From Candidatus Hydrogenedentota bacterium (GTDB lineage Bacteria; Hydrogenedentota; Hydrogenedentia; Hydrogenedentales; SLHB01), in the NCBI GenBank assembly GCA_045863295.1, contig BTWA01000067.1:1-12966 (forward strand): a stretch of 12,966 nucleotides of DNA. Direction: 5' to 3'. How positions within the stretch are numbered: the first letter of the stretch is position 1; each line of letters opens with the position of its first letter. Under the pieces are notes generated by a model. The model made no database searches. It saw only the letters and a list, made by a program, of their open reading frames with translations, and had not been told where the DNA came from. A program made the translations under genes and the position numbers. Positions 1-6,719 of this stretch are shown here, piece by piece.

Positions 1-3000
1 TGGTCGTTACTTGGTCCACCGCCACCGTCGCCTGCGACGTCCCGTTCAACACCTGTGCGCCCGTGATGGAACCAATGAGCGGCTCGTCACCAGCAAACAA
101 CACGCCGTTGCCAATATAGTGAGTCTTGGTAACAAAGCCGTCGGCCTTGGTGTTGGCTCCGTCGCCGCTGTCGTCAAAAATAGCCGTCTGCTTGGATGCG
201 ATCCCGAGAGCGGCAAACGAATACGCGTCGTTTGTATTCGCCCCGTACGCCACCTGATTCCAGAAATACTTTGAGAAACTGACCGCACCCCCGTGGAAAT
301 ACGACGCCGGAAGCGTAGATGTGCTGGCAATTAGAATGCGCTTCTTGTCCGGTGGAGGCTTCATTTGCGGTAGCATGGCGCCCGAACCATCCGCATCGCA
401 GATAACCGCTACCTTGCCGGGCAGTGTACCTTGTACTCCATCCAACCACACGTCCAGTTCCGAGTAGGGTAAGAACTGATCAAAAGTGCTTCCCAACCAA
501 AAGCCGCTTGGCAAACCAGGGCCAATTAAGTACACGGTAAAGTCTTGCGTGGCTGTTGCCGTCCACGTCGAGCAGGCGTATTGCACATTGACCTTCACGG
601 AAAGTCCGTCCACTCCCGCCGTCGACGTGCGGCTCAAGTAATACACATCCTCGGGGCGGTATCCCTGCGACAGCAGTGATTTATAAGCCACTTGGCCCAA
701 CCGCTCGATAGCCGGCCATTGTGGGGACGCCGCATTGCCACCGGCGACAATCAGCGCTTTGCGCGTAAGCGGGTTGGTCACCGTAACCGTTCTGGTGACG
801 GGTGCAGACGTATTGCCCTGGCTGTCCCGAGCGTAAAAACGCACATCGAACGTACCCGCCGTCGTAAAGCCGTCGTACGTTCCTTCCCAACGATCCGTCG
901 ACGGCACGCGCGTCAGCGCAACGCTTGGTAGCCCCATCAAGGCGGTGCCGGACGAGCCCGACACGTCCGGTGGCCGAATCACGGCCCACACCGACGAGAC
1001 GGCATCGTCATCGGTAACCGGATCGGCGAAGAACGATGCGGAGGCGTCGCTGTTTAGATTCTGATCTGGCGATACCCCTCCTATTTGCGGGCCTTCCCAA
1101 AACTGCTGCACTCCGTTGCCAATGTGAGTGTGTTGAGCCACAAGTCCATCACCAACATCGTTTCCGCTTCCGTTCCCATTGTCATCCAGCAAGGGTGTTT
1201 GCGATTTTAGCGGCTCGGGCGGAGCGGGCTCCGGGAGAACGGGTGGAAAGGATTCAACAATTGCTTCGTGTGTCGTGTCAAAGGATTCCTTGACCGTGGC
1301 GCCATTGAACACCTGCGTCCAAAAATAGCTGGAGAACGAAATTGTCCCCGTGTTTTCGAATGCGGCTTGCTCCCGGGGAGAGGTACTGGTGACTACAACG
1401 CGCTTACCCGCGTAAGTCTCCGAGGCAAGATGGGACAGGAATGTTCCCGACTCGCACGCGTCGTATACCACTATGAGCTTGCCCTCAATCCCCGCCTGCA
1501 ATGTGTTGCACCACGCGGCAAAGGCCGATGCGTCCAGCGTCTCCGTACCGCTCATCCGGAATGTGCCCGGACCCCCGTGATCCACCAGGTACACCACCAC
1601 GTCCCCAATGGGAAGACCCCCCAAGGGTTGAACCGCCCATCCGGTCATTGCATTCATCAAGCCGGTGTTCGTAGCGTCTCCATCAACGTCGTCGGCGATA
1701 CCGTTCTCGTCAAGATCCAATCCCGTGTCCGAAGTGAGATAACAGATACTTTCCTTGGTAAAGCCCTGGTATGTGAGGGCCCGAAACGCAAAATTCGCCG
1801 AAACCTGGGTCGCCGCCCAAAGCCGATTGCCAATGAAGGGCCCACCCCCCGCGACGATTATGGCCTTGCTTCGAGACGTTGAATTAACGATCTTGAACTT
1901 TTGTGCGCGGCTATTGTATTCATCCGCAACGAACAGATTGCCTTCGTTGTCAACAGCCATCTGACCCGCCCAGGCGAACTGGCTCGGTTGACTTCCCCAC
2001 CCGTCTCCGAACTGACCAAGATGATGGCCGTCTGTAGTGAAAAAGTGAATTGCACCACCACCATTTATGTTGCTTTCACATACGTACAACATTTTTGTCA
2101 AAGGAGAGTAATACAAAGAGTTCAGAATGAATCCCTGGTTGGGGCCAAATTCGTACAGTGTACGCCCTTCCGGGTCAAGAACCTTTACATGGTCCTGTGC
2201 GTCAGCAACATAAACACGTTCAAACTCGTCAACTGAAATACTCCATGGATTTCCGCCAAGCCATTCGGCGAGCTGAATGCCATTCAGGTCGTATTTCACA
2301 ACGCGCTGATGTATGGGGTCTGTCAAATAGACAAATCCGAGATTAGATATGGCGATTCCATAAGGTGACCAATCATCGGGATTCCCAATAAAACCGGAAA
2401 TTGGCCAAGAAGTAAAATTACCATTCGGGTCCATAATCTGCACCCGTTCATTCAGGGAATCGATGATGTACAAGTTACCGCCATGAATGGCAAGCCCAGT
2501 AGGTGCGTTGAACTCGCCCAGATTTGTTCCAGGGCCGCCGATTACACTTTGTAAAACGCCGCTGGCCGAATAGAGCTTAATTCTGTGATTGTATACATCG
2601 GAAATATAGACAGCACCGTCAGAACGCTGAACCAAGCCTGCGATAAGCTGGAATTGTTCTTCACGAATGCCATAGGACCCGTCCCAACGTTCGACGAGGT
2701 CGCCGTCGCTGGTGTACACATCCACGTAGCGCCGATTCTGACTCATCGCGAGGATGCGACCATCACTGTCGACGGCCAAACCGCGAATTGCGACATCTAT
2801 CGACCCGGCTGGCCAGTCATCGAATGCGTTCCAGGACGTTTCCACAGTACCGTCGGAACGAAACTTGACTATTCGTGCCGATTCTCCAACATAAATGAAA
2901 TCGTTCTTGTCTATCGCAATGGTCCAGGGGTCGTTGAGCAATCCCACCCATTTCGTTACAAATTGCCCCGCCGAATCAAATTTCTGCACACGATTATTTA

Positions 3001-6000
3001 ATTGATCTACGACATAGATGAATCCTTGGCTGTCAATTGCAATACCTCTGGGTTGGTTGAATTGGCTGTCACCGCTTCCCAGACTCCCGCCTTGTCCCAA
3101 GTAGTTTCCATTCGAGTCGAATTTTTGCACTCGATGATTCAGCGTGTCAGTGGCGTAGATATCATCGTTTTGATCGACGGCAAGCCCCCATACTTGGTTA
3201 AACTGGCCGGCTCCGGTACCGAGCCCTCCCCATCGTGTGATGTACTGGCCATCGGCCGTAAACTTGTTGATGCGAGAGGAGCCGCCCCCCGCGTCCCCTA
3301 TGTAGATATTGCCACTGGTATCGGTGGCAAGCGCAGAGGGTTGTCGAAACTGCCCAATCGCATCGCCCTTTTGCCCCCATTGACTGATGAATCTGCCATG
3401 TTGTGTGAATCGCTGTATTCGATGATTCCGCGAGTCGGCAAAGAAGATATTGCCATCTTTGTCAATGGCAATGCCTCGGCCGTCAAAAAAGTAGGTGGGT
3501 TGCTGCAATGCAGGCCACATGCGCTCGAATTGATAGTTCGGCACGGCCGGCGTATCTGGTATATCGTTTGAGTCAAGCGGGTTTGTGCCACGCAATTGTT
3601 CCGTGTTGTCCCACCACGTGTCGCCATCGCTGTCCAAGTCGTGAAAATTAGGCAGTCCGTCATTGTCTGTATCCGTTACTCCTTCTATACCGTCAGAAAT
3701 GCCGTCATTGTCGCTGTCAGAATCAAAATAGCCAAGGAGCCCGTCGTGGTCCACATCTAGGAAAGACTCATCGCCATCATTCAACCCGTCGTTGTCGCTG
3801 TCCGGATCGAGATAATCGGGGATCGTGTCGCCGTCGTTGTCTCCGGTGCCTTCGTAGATGTCCGGCAGGCCGTCGCTGTCGGAGTCGGTCTCTTCGAGAA
3901 TAGTGTAAGCTCCAATTCCGTCAACCCCTTCATCGGAATCGGGAATGCCGTCCTCGTCGCTGTCCGGGTCGAGATAATTAGGAATAGTGTCGTTGTCAGG
4001 ATCGTCATTGCCTTCATACTCGTCCGGGATACCGTCGCTGTCGGAATCGGTTCCACCGAACTCGTACGCACCGATGTCCACTCCAGCGCCCTGCGGGCGT
4101 ATATTTCCCCGACGGTCACTGGTTGGCGCCACACTGGCATCGCCCGCATTGATGCATGGGGACTGGGGATGCAACAAATAGTCCGTGGAAGAGATGGTGA
4201 CGAATCGGGGATCTCCCGAGATGTTCTGCGTGCCAGGGTAGGTACCGAATCGGAGCAGCGAATGGGTGATGATTGCGGGCTCCGAATCCACTTCCGACAG
4301 CATCAGCGGAGCAAATATGCAATTCCAGGCACGAAGCGATCCTCGCGTCGTCGTAATCCTGGCCAACACAACCGTACAGTTCACCAGGCCAAGGGCGCTG
4401 TCGGTCACCGAGATGGAACTTGTGCTGGAGTAGTCCGCTTGCGCTTCGGCGAGAATGCAGTTGGTTGCGCGCACGAGGGTGTTGGATTCAAACGCCAGAT
4501 TTCGGCCGGATGGAGACGAATTTGCGGAAACCGAACATGACTCAATCATTACGATGGCATTGTAGCTGTAAACAGCCCCGCCCTGGCCGGAGGCCAGATT
4601 GGACTCCAGTACGCAATCGCGGATTGCTGTCGATACGCCGGATACGTAAACGCCACCGCCGTTTTGGTGGTCCTGTATGGAGCCGTGATTCGCCGCGCCG
4701 CCGGTAATCGTAAGTCCATTGAGGGAAGATTCGTCCGCCGCATGTATCACGTGATATGCAGGCAATCCGTCGCGTGAAGTGGCCCCATCGATTACAGTCA
4801 CATGAGCCGTGCTGTTACTTTCGGTTAGCTGTGTTTCCGTGCCATCGAATCCGCCGTAAAGGTGCACGCCTTGGCTGAGCACGAGTGAGCCAGAATTGAT
4901 ACCGTGGTTCAAGGGATCGGACGTCCGGTTCTCGTTGTATACCCCTTCGGCAATCCACACTTGTCCTCCCCCGCCCGAAGACGCAGCGTCTATCGCCGCT
5001 TGAACGGTGGCAAAGGCAGTGCCCCATGTCAAACCGTCTTCGGTGCCGGAGACATTGTCTCTGTCGACATACCATATACCGTTCGCGGCATCATCCAGGG
5101 GTTCCGGGATTGCCGATGGATCGTTGGTAACCGATACCCAGTCGACTTCAAAAATCGTGCCTGTCTGGTCGCTGTTATCTTCGGCTAAATCGAGGCGGGC
5201 GACTTTCAACTGCCCAATCGGTTGAGGACCGCCATCGGTAGTCTTCGAGACGGGCACAGCAATCACGTTCATGCCGTCGTGGAGCTGCACCAGGTACCGG
5301 CAGTACCCTGCGGACGACTCTACATACACGGCGCTTACGATTGGATTCCCGGGATCGGGTACAGGACGCGAGACGTTTATTTTGGCGCAGACGTGGGTTT
5401 GCGGATGGACGAGCATGGGCGGTGAAATCAGCGCCCCGATATAGGGATCCAAGGACGTCGTAGGCTGAAGTACCAGACTGCCGTTGTCCCAAAAGAACGA
5501 ATAGCCGTTGAATGTGTCGCCCCAACCTTCAATATCCGAGTCAAACGTCCATGATTTGGACTGCGAATATTGAACAAACGAGGTGGGTGAATCGGTAAGG
5601 GTGGCCCAATCCATCTCGAAACTGGACGTGGTATGATCGCCTTCGAGAGGTATATCTAGCCGGATGGAATTGATAAGGCCTGACGGCGGTGTGCCAACGA
5701 CGGGAGTCTGTGTAATAGGAACGATTATTTCGTTGGCGCCGTGCGTCAAATGGAATGTATATCCCGAGAACCCGCTCTCCGAAAAAATGTATACGGCGCA
5801 CTCTACTTGGCCCGGCGTCGCCGATGCGCCGGGAACTACGGTGATTTTCGAGCAGAAATGGGAAACGGAAGATATATCCAGTGCCGTGCCGATGGTTGTA
5901 CCGATGTATGGCGGGGGAAATGTGACTGTTGGCTGAAATACCAACTGCCCATTGTCCCAGTTGTAATTCACGTTGCTGAGGACACTGCCCCAACCTTCGG

Positions 6001-6109
6001 CGTCAGCATCGAAGTTCCATGTCAATGTATCGGCGGAAGAAGAAAAGACGGCCCATCCGAAAGAAATGAGAAGCGCGGTCAACAGCTTTGATGTGCCATT
6101 CCGAAGCAC
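1..6109 (-). CDS. Gene A: giant secreted multidomain protein (2x CBM-like, beta-helix, DxDxDG repeats, 12 NHL repeats, C13-like clan CD peptidase, Ig-like, inactive C13-like copy); 3' end outside window
   Basis: This minus-strand frame has no stop from 6460 down to position 2 (checked codon by codon). GTG at 6109 gives MLRNGTSKLLTALLISFGWAVFSSSA|DTLTWNFD, with GAAGG 11 nt upstream. Alternative starts are GTG 6127 and ATG 6259. Recognisable domain motifs occur throughout the frame. Confidence 0.93.
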   Translation of the reverse strand, partial: MLRNGTSKLLTALLISFGWAVFSSSADTLTWNFDADAEGWGSVLSNVNYNWDNGQLVFQPTVTFPPPYIGTTIGTALDISSVSHFCSKITVVPGASATPGQVECAVYIFSESGFSGYTFHLTHGANEIIVPITQTPVVGTPPSGLINSIRLDIPLEGDHTTSSFEMDWATLTDSPTSFVQYSQSKSWTFDSDIEGWGDTFNGYSFFWDNGSLVLQPTTSLDPYIGALISPPMLVHPQTHVCAKINVSRPVPDPGNPIVSAVYVESSAGYCRYLVQLHDGMNVIAVPVSKTTDGGPQPIGQLKVARLDLAEDNSDQTGTIFEVDWVSVTNDPSAIPEPLDDAANGIWYVDRDNVSGTEDGLTWGTAFATVQAAIDAASSGGGGQVWIAEGVYNENRTSDPLNHGINSGSLVLSQGVHLYGGFDGTETQLTESNSTAHVTVIDGATSRDGLPAYHVIHAADESSLNGLTITGGAANHGSIQDHQNGGGVYVSGVSTAIRDCVLESNLASGQGGAVYSYNAIVMIESCSVSANSSPSGRNLAFESNTLVRATNCILAEAQADYSSTSSISVTDSALGLVNCTVVLARITTTRGSLRAWNCIFAPLMLSEVDSEPAIITHSLLRFGTYPGTQNISGDPRFVTISSTDYLLHPQSPCINAGDASVAPTSDRRGNIRPQGAGVDIGAYEFGGTDSDSDGIPDEYEGNDDPDNDTIPNYLDPDSDEDGIPDSDEGVDGIGAYTILEETDSDSDGLPDIYEGTGDNDGDTIPDYLDPDSDNDGLNDGDESFLDVDHDGLLGYFDSDSDNDGISDGIEGVTDTDNDGLPNFHDLDSDGDTWWDNTEQLRGTNPLDSNDIPDTPAVPNYQFERMWPALQQPTYFFDGRGIAIDKDGNIFFADSRNHRIQRFTQHGRFISQWGQKGDAIGQFRQPSALATDTSGNIYIGDAGGGSSRINKFTADGQYITRWGGLGTGAGQFNQVWGLAVDQNDDIYATDTLNHRVQKFDSNGNYLGQGGSLGSGDSQFNQPRGIAIDSQGFIYVVDQLNNRVQKFDSAGQFVTKWVGLLNDPWTIAIDKNDFIYVGESARIVKFRSDGTVETSWNAFDDWPAGSIDVAIRGLAVDSDGRILAMSQNRRYVDVYTSDGDLVERWDGSYGIREEQFQLIAGLVQRSDGAVYISDVYNHRIKLYSASGVLQSVIGGPGTNLGEFNAPTGLAIHGGNLYIIDSLNERVQIMDPNGNFTSWPISGFIGNPDDWSPYGIAISNLGFVYLTDPIHQRVVKYDLNGIQLAEWLGGNPWSISVDEFERVYVADAQDHVKVLDPEGRTLYEFGPNQGFILNSLYYSPLTKMLYVCESNINGGGAIHFFTTDGHHLGQFGDGWGSQPSQFAWAGQMAVDNEGNLFVADEYNSRAQKFKIVNSTSRSKAIIVAGGGPFIGNRLWAATQVSANFAFRALTYQGFTKESICYLTSDTGLDLDENGIADDVDGDATNTGLMNAMTGWAVQPLGGLPIGDVVVYLVDHGGPGTFRMSGTETLDASAFAAWCNTLQAGIEGKLIVVYDACESGTFLSHLASETYAGKRVVVTSTSPREQAAFENTGTISFSSYFWTQVFNGATVKESFDTTHEAIVESFPPVLPEPAPPEPLKSQTPLLDDNGNGSGNDVGDGLVAQHTHIGNGVQQFWEGPQIGGVSPDQNLNSDASASFFADPVTDDDAVSSVWAVIRPPDVSGSSGTALMGLPSVALTRVPSTDRWEGTYDGFTTAGTFDVRFYARDSQGNTSAPVTRTVTVTNPLTRKALIVAGGNAASPQWPAIERLGQVAYKSLLSQGYRPEDVYYLSRTSTAGVDGLSVKVNVQYACSTWTATATQDFTVYLIGPGLPSGFWLGSTFDQFLPYSELDVWLDGVQGTLPGKVAVICDADGSGAMLPQMKPPPDKKRILIASTSTLPASYFHGGAVSFSKYFWNQVAYGANTNDAYSFAALGIASKQTAIFDDSGDGANTKADGFVTKTHYIGNGVLFAGDEPLIGSITGAQVLNGTSQATVAVDQVTT
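100..763 (-). other. Second C13-like domain of gene A lacking the catalytic dyad (pseudo-peptidase)
   Basis: RKALIVAGG...AYKSLLSQGY...TVYLIGPG (Pro 518-520 at the His site)...VAVICDADGSG (Asp 389-391 at the Cys site)...SFSKYFW. An Ig-like segment (~776-1090; VWAVIRPP...WEGTYDGF) separates it from domain 1. Confidence 0.82.
1112..1867 (-). other. Clan CD (C13/legumain-like, caspase-fold) cysteine peptidase domain with intact dyad, gene A
   Basis: KAIIVAGG...AFRALTYQGF...VVVYLVDHGG (His 1577-1579)...LIVVYDACESGTF (Cys 1454-1456). His-Cys spacing is 41 residues, as in legumain. Confidence 0.85.
1886..3535 (-). repeat. 12 NHL repeats (probably two 6-bladed beta-propellers) of gene A
   Basis: Blades such as FNQPRGIAIDSQGFIYVVDQLNNRVQKFD and FNAPTGLAIHGGNLYIIDSLNERVQIMD, preceded by YQFERMWP (3512-3535). 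Confidence 0.88.
3557..4051 (-). repeat. Asp-rich thrombospondin-type-3-like Ca2+-binding repeats
   Basis: Ten DxDxD(G/T) motifs (DSDSDG, DPDNDT, DSDEDG, DSDSDG, DNDGDT, DSDNDG, DVDHDG, DSDNDG, DTDNDG, DSDGDT), ending in GTNPLDSND. Confidence 0.8.
4058..5077 (-). other. Right-handed parallel beta-helix (pectin-lyase-like) domain ending in a choice-of-anchor-Q-like motif
   Basis: N-cap IWYVD...DGLTWGTAFATVQAAIDAA...VWIAEGVY, then LYGGFDGTE, GLTITGG, GGGVYV, GGAVY and NC rungs. C-terminus GDPRFV...SPCINAG...DRRGNIRPQGAGVDIGAYE. Confidence 0.75.
5117..6022 (-). repeat. Two tandem ~156-aa CBM-like jelly-roll domains
   Basis: WNFDADAEGWG...WDNGQLVFQPT...PYIG...IRLD...FEMDW versus WTFDSDIEGWG...WDNGSLVLQPT...DPYIG...ARLD...FEVDW. 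The first Trp codons are at 6017 and 5549 (468-nt period). The fold assignment is inference. Confidence 0.65.
6032..6109 (-). other. Sec-type signal peptide of gene A (26 aa)
   Basis: Basic N-region (R, K), hydrophobic LLTALLISFGWAVF and S-S-A cleavage site before DTLTW. Confidence 0.75.
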
Positions 6110-6250
6110 GAGGATAAGCGCCTTCACTGGGGCAAAGACTTCGCCCGAAAAACTAACCCAAATTTCCGCTATGCCAACTTGCCGGTCATTCCCAATGCAA
6201 ACCGAAACTGGAAAGGACCGATGGCAAGAACCCCAAGACGCTTGGACAAG

Positions 6251-6281
6251 ATTATACATGGAGCTGAGCACATTTTGGCAA
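6251..6281 (-). promoter_or_regulatory. Putative sigma70-type promoter for gene A (TTGCCA-N19-TATAAT)
   Basis: Perfect TATAAT at 6256-6251 and TTGCCA at 6281-6276 on the minus strand; about 140 nt upstream of GTG 6109. Confidence 0.5.
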
Positions 6282-6526
6282 ATGCGCAAGAATACAATAA
6301 TGGTAATCCCCCGAATCGGTCGTGCACGGTGTTGAACGGCCCCGCAGTGGACACGCACGGCAATGGAGTGTTCCCACGTTCGATTCGTTGATTCCCGTAT
6401 AGGCCATTGCTTCCATCGGATGCGGTCATACCGGCTGAGAAAATCAAAGAAATCACCTGTTCAAGGGTTGCAGCCCGGACTTTTGGGGAAAGTCCCGTTG
6501 GAGATTATTGAGTATTACGATTGTAA

Positions 6527-6557
6527 TTGGCATTTTGCGCGGTTTTACTTGTATAAT
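6527..6557 (+). promoter_or_regulatory. Putative sigma70-type promoter for gene B (TTGGCA-N19-TATAAT)
   Basis: TTGGCA at 6527-6532 and perfect TATAAT at 6552-6557 in an AT-rich tract; about 160 nt upstream of ATG 6720. Confidence 0.5.
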
Positions 6558-6710
6558 TGTAATGCATTGTTGTGCTTGGGGATTCCTGCAAGGTAGGTTT
6601 GGGATGGTCCTTTGGTCTCGTCGTGGCCAACTCCGGGAATGCCATTTCTTTTTACTGCCTGCCGTGCGGGGGCTCTGCGTGCTGGTGTCGCCGGGTTTGC
6701 TGTTTCATGT

Positions 6711-6715
6711 GGAGG
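6711..6715 (+). promoter_or_regulatory. Shine-Dalgarno site of gene B
   Basis: GGAGG followed by CAAG and ATG 6720. Confidence 0.7.
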
Positions 6716-6719
6716 CAAG

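Noticed and set aside
1112..1867. Interpretation as an intracellular caspase-based anti-phage or cell-death system
   Set aside because: Both proteins have signal peptides and extracellular-type domains, and no gasdermin, NTPase or other effector gene is visible in the window.
6130..6146. Small hairpin (GGGCGAA-GTC-TTTGCCC on the minus strand) just upstream of the gene A RBS, as a terminator
   Set aside because: It has a 7-bp stem with a 3-nt loop and no U-tract.
6110..6259. Longer start for gene A at ATG 6259
   Set aside because: It would place 50 atypical residues before the signal peptide, and the ATG directly abuts the predicted -10 box. GTG 6127 remains possible.
6527..6540. TGGCA...TTGC as a sigma54 promoter
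   Set aside because: The GG-to-GC spacing is 6 or 8 nt, not the required 10.
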